Below are positions 10,166 through 19,199 of a DNA stretch of 64,000 nt, one piece after another. Origin of the DNA: an uncultured Spirochaetota bacterium (GTDB lineage: Bacteria; Spirochaetota; Spirochaetia; SZUA-6; Fen-1364); contig CAWAHW010000002.1 in NCBI GenBank assembly GCA_963781885.1, forward strand, positions 531,119 to 595,118, given 5' to 3'. Position 1 is the first letter of the stretch; the number at the start of each line of letters is the position of its first letter. A model generated the notes under the pieces. It did no database searches. It was not told where the DNA came from and saw only the letters and a program-made list of their open reading frames with translations. Both the position numbers and the translations under genes were made by a program.

Positions 10166-11148
10166 TCACTCGGCCAGCAGGTCGCGCACCGCCTTCACCA
10201 CGGTGCGTGTCTCCGGAACCACGTCCTGGAAAAGGGAGGGGCTGTACGGAGCGGGGCAGGAGAGCCCCGTGAGCCTCGCCACCGGCGCGTCAAGGTCGTC
10301 GAAACCCTTCTCCATCACCTGCGTGGCGATCTCCGCCGCCGCGCCGCACGGAGCGAAGTCCTCGTCCACCACGAGCAGCCGGCCCGTCTTTTCACGGACG
10401 TGAGGACGGTGTCGATGTCAAGCGGCGCGAGGCTGCGCGGATCGATCACTTCGATGCTGATTCCTTCCTTGGAAAGCTCCTCAGCCGCCTCGAGTGCCTT
10501 CTTCACCATGAAGGCGATCCCGACCACGGTTGCATGCGTGCCTTCCCGCGCAACCGCCGCCTTTCCGAACGGCACGAGGTGCTCGCCGTCCGGCACGGGC
10601 CCCTTCAGGTTGAGCAAATTCTTGTGCTCCAGGAAGAGGACCGGGTCGTCGCATCGGATGGACGTCTTGAGGAGCCCTTTTGCGTCGGCGGGCGTGGTCG
10701 GCATGACGACGCGAAAGCCGGGCACATGCATGAAGAAGGGGTAGTAGTTGCCCGAGTGATGCGCCGCGTTGAAGGGCGCGACGCCGACGCATCCGCGCAC
10801 GACAATCGGCATCTTCAGGCGCCCGCCGCTCATCCACTGGAGCTTCGCCATCTGGTTGAACATGTCGCCGAAGGCGTCGGTGAGAAAGTCGATGAACATG
10901 AAATCCACGATCGGCCGCGCGCCGCTTGCCGCCGCGCCGGTGCACAGGGCGGTGAAGCCGCGCTCCGAGATGGGGGTATCGCGCAGGCGCTCTTCTCCAT
11001 AGAGGGCGTGGAGGCCGACGGTCGTATTGAAGTTGCCGCCCCGCGCCCCGATGCCTTCGCCCACCACGAAGATCCGGGAGTCCCGGGCCATTTCCTCTGC
11101 AAGACCCTCGCGGGCCGCGTCGACAAAGCTCATTTCGCGCATCTGCAT
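10166..11148 (-). pseudogene. 2-oxoacid dehydrogenase E1 beta subunit, frameshifted (one nt missing in the A4/T4 run at ~10389-10392; possibly sequencing error)
   Basis: The 277-aa ORF is E1beta until ...TSVK and then reads junk. The authentic C-terminus (VVDEDFAPCGAAAEIATQVMEKGF...) is the 68-aa ORF 10166-10372 in another frame. Confidence 0.7.
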
Positions 11149-11149
11149 C

Positions 11150-12137
11150 TCATCCTTCGGCGTACACGTGACTCATGACCGATCCGGGCTCGGGCAGGGG
11201 GCTCGCCAGCGCAAAGGCAGCCGCCTCCTCCGCCATTTGCTTCACCTCGGCATCGATGGCGTCCAGCTCTTTCTTCGTGGCCACCGCGCCGGCGACGATC
11301 TTCGCCCCCAGCAGCCCGATCGGGTCACGGCTCTTCCATTCCGCGACCTCCTCCTGCGTGCGGTAGCCGGCGTCGCGCATGCCTTCAGAGTGCGCGCGCG
11401 TGCGGTAGGTCTTGCATTCGATGAGGGTCGGACCCTCTCCGGCGCGTGCGCGCCGGACCGCCTCCCCGGCCGCCTGCCAGACCGCGAGCACGTCGTTGCC
11501 GTCCACCTCGACGCCGGGAAGCCCATAGGCCGCGGCGCGCGACGCGACGCTGGTGTTCTTCGTCGCCTTTTTGTACGGCACCTCGGTGGCGTACATGTTG
11601 TTCTCGCAGACGAAGATCGGCGGGGATGTCCCACGCCGCGGCGAGATTGATGCCCTCGTGGAAGGAGCCATTGTTTGTCGCCCCGTCGCCAAAGAAGGCC
11701 ACTCCGACGCGGTCGATTTTCAGGATCTTCGCCGCATAGCCGGTGCCCGCGGCAAGGGTGATGCTGGGTCCGACGATGCCGCTGGAGCCCATGAACCCTA
11801 TTTCCGGCTTGAAGATGTGCATGCTCCCGCCGCGGCCGCCCGAGCAGCCGGTCGCCCTGCCGAGCACCTCGGCAAAAAGCTCGCGCGGCGGCACGCCCTT
11901 GGCCAGCGCGTGCCCGTGGCCCCGGTGCGTGCTGAATACGCAGTCATCGCTTCGCAGGTGCGCGCAGACCCCGGTGGCGACCGCCTCCTCGCCGATGTAG
12001 GTGTGCACGCCGCCGTACAGCTTGCCCGCCGCATACATCTTCACGAGCTGCTCTTCACAGCGACGAAGGACGAGCATCGTGCGGTACAGGGCGAGCATCT
12101 GTTCCTTGGTGAGAGCGGGTATCTTTTTCTTGGCCAT
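11150..12137 (-). pseudogene. 2-oxoacid dehydrogenase E1 alpha subunit (TPP-binding), frameshifted in the G4/C4 run at ~11625-11628
   Basis: N-terminal part (MAKKKIPALTKEQ...GDGATNNGSFHEGINLAAAWDIP) lies in frame 11385-12449. C-terminal part (PPIFVCENNMYA...) is ORF 11150-11692. The two join with a 1-nt shift. Confidence 0.7.
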
Positions 12138-12172
12138 TCCGGCGTTCCTCCCGGGCTTCGTGCCCGCAGATT

Positions 12173-12991
12173 TCAGTTGATCTTCGTGACGCCGGCCTGG
12201 CCGCCGGCGTTCATGGCGGTGTTGCCGCCGTCGAAGGGGAAGAGGACGCCCGTGATCCAGGCGGATGCGTCCGACGCGAGCAGCAGCGCGATGCCCTTCA
12301 CGTCCTCCGGCTGCCCGAATCTGCCTATGGGGATGCCCTCCTGCATACGCTTTTCGATCTCCGGATTCGCCGCCCATAAGCCCTGGAGGCCGGCGTTGGT
12401 GACCTGCGCGGGAAGGATCGCGTTCACGCGGACGCCGCGCCCGGCCCATTCGGTGCTCAGCTCCCGGGTCATCTCCGCGACGGCGCCCATGCCGACGCTG
12501 TAGGCGAAGTTGCCGCGGCCCAGCGCGGTGAGGCTCGCGATGGAGCCCATCATGATGATGCTGCCCTTGCCCTGTCTCAGCATCCGGTGACCCGCCTCCT
12601 GCGCGCAGCAGAAGCGTGCAACGGTGAGACCCATGACGACCTGCTGGTAGTGCTCAAGGTCGATCTCCTCCGCCGAGCAGCGGTAGCCCGGGCCGACGAG
12701 CGCGGCGCAGATGTCGATGCGGCCGTATTCCTTGTCCAGTGCCGCGTAGACCGCCTTGATGTCCTCCACCTTTGTCATGTCGCCGGGCACGACGAGCACC
12801 TTGCGCCCGAGTTTTTTCGCATAGTCGGCAGTCGCCGCAATGCCCGCCACGTTGCTGTGCCGGGGAAGGAGCAGGTCCGCCCCCGCCTCTGCAAACGCCA
12901 TCGCCATTGCCTGGCCCATGCCCGATGCGGCCCCGGTGACGAGGGCGACGCGGCCGTGTAAGTCAAACATGTCCAGTACCGTGCGCGCCAT
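12173..12991 (-). CDS. SDR-family oxidoreductase
   Basis: Start MARTVLDMFDLHGRVALVTGAASGMG at 12991, internal to the ORF-track frame. SDR motifs. Confidence 0.75.
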   Translation of the reverse strand: MARTVLDMFDLHGRVALVTGAASGMGQAMAMAFAEAGADLLLPRHSNVAGIAATADYAKKLGRKVLVVPGDMTKVEDIKAVYAALDKEYGRIDICAALVGPGYRCSAEEIDLEHYQQVVMGLTVARFCCAQEAGHRMLRQGKGSIIMMGSIASLTALGRGNFAYSVGMGAVAEMTRELSTEWAGRGVRVNAILPAQVTNAGLQGLWAANPEIEKRMQEGIPIGRFGQPEDVKGIALLLASDASAWITGVLFPFDGGNTAMNAGGQAGVTKIN

Positions 12992-13109
12992 GGTGTACCT
13001 CCGCGTATTGTATGCTCGGTGACGGAACAATGCTAAGGTAGCCAAAGCGATTTGCCCACGCAAGGGACAATTCTAAAGAGTCGGCCAGGAAATCCCGGAG
13101 GAGGCCTCC

Positions 13110-14183
13110 ATGACTTCGCGCGAAAGGGTCCTTTCCGCGCTCCATCACGTCCAGCCGGACGTCACACCCTGCGACTATTTCTCCACGCCGGAGATACAGC
13201 GCGGTCTCCTGGATCGCCTGCGTGTCTCGTCGGAGGAGGCGCTGCTGGACCGGCTGGGGGTGGACATCCGCTACGTCGCGCCGCCCTACACGGGACCGCG
13301 GCTTCCCTCCTACGATGACGGCTCGGAGACGGACATATGGGGGATCCGCAAGAAGCCGATGCCGAACGACTACGGCGATTATGCGGAGCCCGTGGGACTT
13401 CCCTATGCGGGCTGGACCACGGTGGAGGAGGCCGCGGTTTTTCCCTGGCCGAGCCCGGACTGGTACGACTATTCTGCAATGCCCGCCCTCTGCGCGCGCT
13501 ATCCCCATCGTGCCGTGGCGGTCGGCGGCTTCGGGATACAGGATTTCATCAACGGCACCGCATTTGGGCGCGGCGTGGAGCAGGTGCTTCTCGATATCGC
13601 CCTCGATGACCCGGTGTACCTCTTCATCGTGGAGAAAAGGCACCGTTTCGCCCTCCAGCACATCGACAGGATACTCACGGCGGCAAAGGGAAGGATCGAC
13701 CTCGTCCTCTGCGGCGATGATTTCGGCAGTCAGCGCGGCACGCTCATCTCCCCGACGTCCTTCGACACCCTGTTCGCGCCGCGCAAGAAGGAGTTCTTCG
13801 ACATGGTCCATTCCCACGGCGCGAAGGTCACGCATCACTGCTGCGGATCCAGCCGCGCGTTCTTCCCCCGGTTCATTGCGCTGGGCATGGACAGCATCCA
13901 GACGATACAGCCGCGCGCCGAAGGCATGAACCCCTACACGCTCAAGGCGGAGTTCGGCGGCCGCATCTGCCTGCACGGGGCGGTGGATGTCCAGGGATGG
14001 CTGCAGCACACGAAGCCCGACATGATCCGAAGCGAGGTGCACCGGCTCATGGACGAGGTGGGCAGCGGCGGCGGGTACATCCTCGCTCCCAGCCACAACC
14101 TGCAGCCGGACACGCCCATCGAAAACGTGCTGGCCGTCTATTCCGCCGTGGCCGAGCGCCGGGGCGACCCGAAGCTCGCGTAG
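13110..14183 (+). CDS. Uroporphyrinogen decarboxylase (URO-D) family protein, paralog 3
   Basis: 357 aa. Same family as 3029-4174 and 4200-5327 (MTSRERVLSALHH..., HCCG, GGGYILAPSHN). Confidence 0.75.
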   Translation: MTSRERVLSALHHVQPDVTPCDYFSTPEIQRGLLDRLRVSSEEALLDRLGVDIRYVAPPYTGPRLPSYDDGSETDIWGIRKKPMPNDYGDYAEPVGLPYAGWTTVEEAAVFPWPSPDWYDYSAMPALCARYPHRAVAVGGFGIQDFINGTAFGRGVEQVLLDIALDDPVYLFIVEKRHRFALQHIDRILTAAKGRIDLVLCGDDFGSQRGTLISPTSFDTLFAPRKKEFFDMVHSHGAKVTHHCCGSSRAFFPRFIALGMDSIQTIQPRAEGMNPYTLKAEFGGRICLHGAVDVQGWLQHTKPDMIRSEVHRLMDEVGSGGGYILAPSHNLQPDTPIENVLAVYSAVAERRGDPKLA

Positions 14184-14242
14184 GAAAGCGGGCGCGCGCG
14201 AAGGTCGCCGAGAGGACATTTCAAAAGAGTTGCGCGGGCACC

Positions 14243-14255
14243 GTCAATGATTGAC
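14243..14255. promoter_or_regulatory. 13-bp palindrome GTCAATgATTGAC, candidate GntR/FadR-type operator overlapping a TTGACA -35-like hexamer
   Basis: Near-perfect inverted repeat of the GT-N-AC type, ~45 nt upstream of the Ldh_2 gene and near the GntR regulator. Confidence 0.35.
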
Positions 14256-14297
14256 AACCGGCACGGGAGACTCGACAGTTGGCCCAGGAGAACCACG

Positions 14298-15377
14298 ATG
14301 AGTGCTGGCCCGCGGAGGATTCGCGTCCGGGATCTCGAAACGATCTGCCGGGACGCCATGAGGAAAGCCGGTCTGTCGGATCAGGATGCCGCGATCACGA
14401 CCGATGTGCTGGTGACCACCGACACGTGGGGTGTTCACACCCACGGCACGAAACAGCTGCGGGCGCTCCTGAAGAACTTCCGCGACGGCAAGATGGACCT
14501 TGCCGCATCGGCGGAGCTGGTTGGCCAGGGCACGTCGTGGGCCCTGTATGACGGGCACCGGTCCATGCCGATGGTGACCTCGAAGCGCGCCATGGGCACG
14601 GCCATCGAGAAGGCCCGCGCCACGGGTATTGCATGGGTCGGCGTGCGCAACAGCGGGCATTTCGGCGCGGCCGGATACTATGCGAACATGGCAGCGCAGG
14701 AGGGCATGCTCGGGCTCAGCATGTGCAATGTCGACCCGGGTGTTGCCGTGCCGGGTTCCCGCGGACCCGTCCTGGGGACGAACCCGCTGGCGTATGCGGT
14801 TCCGGCAGGAAAAGAGAAGCCGGTCTTTCTCGACATTGCCACCAGCGTCGTTGCGGCAGGGAAGGTGTATGCCGCGCAGGCTGCCGGGAAACCCATCCCC
14901 GAGGGCTGGCTCATCGACAAGGACGGGCTTCCGACCACCGACCCGGCGGGCTACCCCCTCGTCGGCGCGCTCATGCCCATGGCAGGCCACAAGGGATACG
15001 GCATCGCGCTCATGATCGAGGTCCTGACGGGAGTGCTGTGCGGGGGGGCTGTCCGGGACAACATCGTGAGCTGGGTGAATGGCCCCGCGCCGGTGAACCA
15101 GTCCCTCGCGTTCCTTGCCATCGACGTTTCGATGGGCATGCCGCGGGAGGATTTCGGCGGCCGCATGGATGCGTTGATTCGCGGCATCCGCGGCGCGCCG
15201 CGGGCGGTCAACGCGGACCGCATCTACCTGCCCGGTGAAAAGGAATGGGACAACCGGGAGAGGGCGCTCCGTGACGGCATCCTCCTGCCGGCCGATGTCG
15301 TGGCAAGCCTCGACGGCCTGGCGCAGGATTTTTCCCTCTCCACCAGCCGTTTTTTCAGCGTCGTTGACACCGCGTGA
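14298..15377 (+). CDS. Malate/L-lactate dehydrogenase family (Ldh_2) oxidoreductase (YiaK/2,3-diketo-L-gulonate reductase-like)
   Basis: Start ATG 14298 with an AGGAG RBS. Ldh_2-family conservation (HGTKQL, GHFGAAG, MAGHKGYG). Confidence 0.75.
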   Translation: MSAGPRRIRVRDLETICRDAMRKAGLSDQDAAITTDVLVTTDTWGVHTHGTKQLRALLKNFRDGKMDLAASAELVGQGTSWALYDGHRSMPMVTSKRAMGTAIEKARATGIAWVGVRNSGHFGAAGYYANMAAQEGMLGLSMCNVDPGVAVPGSRGPVLGTNPLAYAVPAGKEKPVFLDIATSVVAAGKVYAAQAAGKPIPEGWLIDKDGLPTTDPAGYPLVGALMPMAGHKGYGIALMIEVLTGVLCGGAVRDNIVSWVNGPAPVNQSLAFLAIDVSMGMPREDFGGRMDALIRGIRGAPRAVNADRIYLPGEKEWDNRERALRDGILLPADVVASLDGLAQDFSLSTSRFFSVVDTA

Positions 15378-15390
15378 GCCGGGGGATAGA

Positions 15391-16135
15391 TTGAATGGCG
15401 GGAGGGCGGCCATCAGTACGTCCGTGAAACCTCATTACCGCACCGCGACACTCACGCCTGTCCCTCGCAGCTCCCTCGCGCTGGAAGTGGCAAAGAAATT
15501 GCGGCGCGAGATCCTCACCGGTCACATCAAGCCCGGCGAGCGCATCCTCGAGCAGGAAATATCCGAGGTGATGCAGACCAGCCGCGGCCCGGTGCGCGAT
15601 GCGCTGATACGGCTGGAGCACGAGGGGCTGGTGGTGCGGGAGCCGAATCGGAGCGCCGTCGTCGCGAGCATGACCGTGGACGACGTGGAGGAGGTCTGCA
15701 GCCTGCGTCAGTCCCTGGAGGTGCTCGCGCTGCGCTACTCCATCGACCGTGCCCAGGAGGACGATCTCCAGCGGCTCCACGCGGTCATCGGCCTTTTTGA
15801 TGAGTGCCTCAAGGACAGCTTCACCCTTGAGCGCGCGGTGGACTCTGGACCTGCGCTTCCACGAGGAGTTCGTGCGCTCCGCGCGGCATGACCGCGTCCT
15901 TTCCATGTGGCAGAGCATCAAGCCCCAGATCTGGTTCCTGATCTTTTCGCGCAACGCATTCGCCCTGGAAAACTTCCGCGAAGCATCGCCTTCCCATGCG
16001 GAGCTCGTGGATTCGATCGAGCGCCAGGACTACGAGACGGCGAAGAACAATCTCTCCCGGCACCTGCAGATCGACTACGCGGCTCTCATCAACATCTACC
16101 AGAAGATACACGAGCCCGACGGGACGCCGCGGTGA
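15391..16135 (+). pseudogene. GntR-family (FCD/FadR-type) transcriptional regulator, frameshifted at ~15844 (extra T)
   Basis: wHTH N-terminus (LALEVAKKLRREILTGHIKPGERI...) is in one frame. The FCD domain (LDLRFHEEFVRSARH...) is in the +1 frame. Start codon uncertain (TTG 15391 or GTG 15424). Confidence 0.6.
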
Positions 16136-16905
16136 TCCCCGACACTGCCTCTTCCGTCCGTGACGCCCGCGTGGCGCCGGGCAGCCTCGCCGTCTTCTGG
16201 CTCGGGCAGGCAGGCTTTCTCTTCAAGACCCCCGCGGGCAGTATCGTCTGCGTCGACCCCTATCTCAGTGACAGCGTGGAGAGGCTTGCCGGTTTTCGCC
16301 GGATCATGGCGAGCGTCATGGCGCCGGAGGACCTCGCGGTGGACGTGATGCTCATCACGCACCACCACGAGGATCACCTGGACATCGACGCGCTGCCCGT
16401 CGTCGCGCGGCGCACCGAGGCGCGTTTCGTGGCCCCGGGGGAAAGCGTGAAGAGGCTGCGGGAGATCGGCCTGCCGCCGGATCGCATCACGGAGGTCCGT
16501 CCCGGAAGCGTCACGGATCTGGGCTGCGTGACGGTGCGGACGGTTTTTGCGGACCATGGGACGCTGGCGCCCGATGCAGTGGGATTCGTGCTGGATTTCG
16601 GCTTCGTGCGAGTCTACATCACCGGCGATACCGCCTACCGGCCGGCCTCCATGGCAGAGGTCATGCGTCTCCGCCCGCAGGTCATCATCCCGGTGATCAA
16701 CGGCGCCTACGGCAACATGGGGTCGGCTGATGCCGCCGCCCTGACCCGCGACACGGGCGCGCGCGTTGCCATCCCCTGCCACTTCTGGACCTTCGTCGAG
16801 CACGGCGGGGATCCGGCTGCTTTCCTGGCGGCCTGCCGGGAGGAGGCGCTTTCCGCGCGTGTGGAGCTGATCACCCAGGGCAGAAGTTTCTCCTGGGTGT
16901 CGTGA
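16132..16905 (+). CDS. MBL-fold metallo-hydrolase (UlaG-like)
   Basis: HHHEDH metal-binding motif. GTG start at 16132 overlapping the GntR stop (GTGA). Confidence 0.7.
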   Translation: MIPDTASSVRDARVAPGSLAVFWLGQAGFLFKTPAGSIVCVDPYLSDSVERLAGFRRIMASVMAPEDLAVDVMLITHHHEDHLDIDALPVVARRTEARFVAPGESVKRLREIGLPPDRITEVRPGSVTDLGCVTVRTVFADHGTLAPDAVGFVLDFGFVRVYITGDTAYRPASMAEVMRLRPQVIIPVINGAYGNMGSADAAALTRDTGARVAIPCHFWTFVEHGGDPAAFLAACREEALSARVELITQGRSFSWVS

Positions 16906-16926
16906 GCGGCCCGCGCTGAACGCTTC

Positions 16927-17355
16927 CTACAGCGCCTTCAGCGCCTCTGCGTTCAGGGTCGCGATGCCGTTCTTCTCCAGTATCTGCAGGGCGCGCTCGC
17001 GGTCGTCGATGCGGCAGATGACGATGGCATTCTCCCGCGTCTTCTCGACGTACGCGTACATGTATTCCACGTTCACGTTGTCCTGGTCGAGCACCTCCAG
17101 GATGCGGGCAAGCCCGCCGGGCTTGTCTTCCACTTCCACCGCGATCACCTCCGTGACCTGCGCGACGAATGCGCGGGTCTTCAGCACGGCGAGGCAGCGG
17201 TCGGGGTTGTCGACGATGATGCGCAGGACGCCGAAATCCGCCGTGTCGGCCAGGGACAGGGCGCGGATGTTTATCTTTTCATGGGACAGCGTGCGGGTGA
17301 CCTCGGCGAGCCTCCCCTTGCTGTTCTCCAGGAAGACGGAAATCTGCTTCACGGG
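16927..17355 (-). CDS. ACT-domain protein (partner of PaaK-like ligase)
   Basis: 143-aa tandem-ACT protein (MPVKQISVFLENSKGRLAEV...). It is the real gene inside the 591-aa GC-artifact ORF. Confidence 0.7.
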   Translation of the reverse strand, partial: PVKQISVFLENSKGRLAEVTRTLSHEKINIRALSLADTADFGVLRIIVDNPDRCLAVLKTRAFVAQVTEVIAVEVEDKPGGLARILEVLDQDNVNVEYMYAYVEKTRENAIVICRIDDRERALQILEKNGIATLNAEALKAL

Positions 17356-17411
17356 CATACGTGACCTCCCTGCGGTGTGAGGATCGGGGCGGGCGCCCCG
17401 GGGGACTGTCT

Positions 17412-18674
17412 TCAGATCTTGCGCTTGTCGATGATGCGCCGGGCCTTTCCCTCGCTGCGGGCGATGCTCTTGGGCTCCACGAGCTTCACCCGGGTATGGA
17501 TGTTGAGCGACGCGTACAGGTCGCCTTCCAGCTTCTTTTCCATTCCCTCGAGATTCCTGATCTCGTCCGAGAACAGCGCCTCGTTCATCTCCACCTGCAC
17601 CTCCAGCTCGTCGAGCTGGTCGCGCCGCTCCACAATGAGCTGGTAATGCGGCTCCACGCCCTCTCCCTTGAGTATAATCTCCTCGATCTGCGAGGGGAAC
17701 ACGTTCACCCCGCGGATGATGAGCATGTCGTCCGTGCGGCCGAGCACGCGGTGCATGCGCACCGTGGTCCTCCCGCATGCGCAGGGGCTCCTGTCCAGGT
17801 AGGTGATGTCGCGCGTGCGGTAGCGGAGCACGGGCGTGCCTTCCTTCGTGAGGGTCGTGATGACCAGCTCCCCCTTCTCCCCGTCGGGGAGCACGCGGCC
17901 GGTGGCAGGGTCGATGATCTCGGGGTAGAAGAGGTCCTCGTTCACGTGGAGGCCCTTCTGATGCTCGCATTCCATGGCGACGCCCGGGCCGATGATCTCC
18001 GTGAGGCCGTAGATGTCGATGGCGACGACGTGCAGCTTCGCCTCGATCTCCGTGCGCATGCTTTCGCTCCACGGCTCGGCGCCGAAGAAACCCGCCTTCA
18101 GCCCGATCGACCCCAGGTCCAGGCCCTCCTCCCGTGCCGCCTCCGCGAGAAAAAGCGAGTAGGAGGGCGTGCAGGCAAGGACGGTGGACTTGAAATCCCG
18201 CAGGATCGCAAGCTGCCTCTTCGTGTTGCCGCCCGAGATGGGGATCACCGTGGCGCCGATCTTCCGCGCCCCGTAGTGCACCCCCAGGCCGCCCGTGAAA
18301 AGCCCGTAGCCGTAGGCGTTCTGCACGATGTCGTGCCGCGTGGTTCCCCCCGCGGCAAGCGTGCGCGCCATGGCCTCTGCCCAGACCTCGATGTCGCCTG
18401 CCGTGTAGGCATCGACGACCGGCGTGCCCGTGGTCCCGGAAGAGGTGTGGATCTCCACGATCTCCCTTAGTGCCACCGCGAGGAGGCCGTAGGGATAGAC
18501 CTCGCGCATCTCGTCCTTTGTCGTGAAGGGCAGCTTGCGGATGTCGGCGATGCCCTGGATATCCTGCGGCTTCACGCCGGCATCGCTCATCTTCTTGCGA
18601 TAGAAGGGCACGCGCCGGTACAACACGTCCACCAGGCGCCCGAGCTTCTCCCCGTGGTGCGACGCGAGAGCCAC
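17412..18674 (-). CDS. paaK: Phenylacetate-CoA ligase-like (PaaK family) adenylate-forming enzyme
   Basis: PaaK-family motifs (TSSGTTG, YGLTE, C-terminal lid). The N-terminus looks ~15 aa short relative to the paralog (GTG start), with an out-of-frame ATG plus AGGAGG at 18702. Confidence 0.7.
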   Translation of the reverse strand: MALASHHGEKLGRLVDVLYRRVPFYRKKMSDAGVKPQDIQGIADIRKLPFTTKDEMREVYPYGLLAVALREIVEIHTSSGTTGTPVVDAYTAGDIEVWAEAMARTLAAGGTTRHDIVQNAYGYGLFTGGLGVHYGARKIGATVIPISGGNTKRQLAILRDFKSTVLACTPSYSLFLAEAAREEGLDLGSIGLKAGFFGAEPWSESMRTEIEAKLHVVAIDIYGLTEIIGPGVAMECEHQKGLHVNEDLFYPEIIDPATGRVLPDGEKGELVITTLTKEGTPVLRYRTRDITYLDRSPCACGRTTVRMHRVLGRTDDMLIIRGVNVFPSQIEEIILKGEGVEPHYQLIVERRDQLDELEVQVEMNEALFSDEIRNLEGMEKKLEGDLYASLNIHTRVKLVEPKSIARSEGKARRIIDKRKI

Positions 18675-18769
18675 GGCGACAACGATTCGGAATCAAGATC
18701 ATCGCTTTATTTTCCTCCTAAGGATAGAGGTGCCGTGGAGTCCAGCCGTTCCAGATCATCGCACTCCTC

Positions 18770-19198
18770 CTACAGGCGGTAGATTTCCGCGTCCGAGATC
18801 AGGTGTATCCCCGAGCCTTCCAGTGCGCGCTCCGCTTCGGGGAACTTCTCCACCTCGAAGACGATGGCCGCCCTGCTGCCCTCCTCGATCACGAATCCGT
18901 AGCAGTCCTCCACGTTCACGCGCGCCGCGGAGAGATTCACGAGCAGCCGGTGCATCGCCCCGGGGGCATCGTCGATCATCGCGACGAGGATGCGCCGCTT
19001 CGTCACCGTGAAGCGCGCTTCTCTCAGCGCGGCAAGCCCCTTGTCCGGGTCGTTCACGAGGACGCGCACGACGCCGAACTCGCCCGTGCTCGCCATCGAC
19101 ACGGCCCTGATGTTGAGACCCGCGTCTGAAAGCACGCGGGTGATCTTCTCCAGCTTTCCCTGCTCGTTGACGACGAAAATCGACAGGTGGAATGCCAT
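18770..19198 (-). CDS. ACT-domain protein (second copy)
   Basis: 142 aa. Paralog of 16927-17355. Confidence 0.7.
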   Translation of the reverse strand: MAFHLSIFVVNEQGKLEKITRVLSDAGLNIRAVSMASTGEFGVVRVLVNDPDKGLAALREARFTVTKRRILVAMIDDAPGAMHRLLVNLSAARVNVEDCYGFVIEEGSRAAIVFEVEKFPEAERALEGSGIHLISDAEIYRL

Positions 19199-19199
19199 C

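Noticed and set aside
16927-18702. 591-aa ORF spanning the ACT gene and PaaK in a different frame (ATG with a perfect AGGAGG RBS at 18702)
   Set aside because: Its N-terminal two-thirds are Arg/Gly/His-rich junk. Only the last 143 aa (the ACT protein) are real. The RBS-bearing ATG is out of frame with PaaK and is noted as a possible start-region indel.
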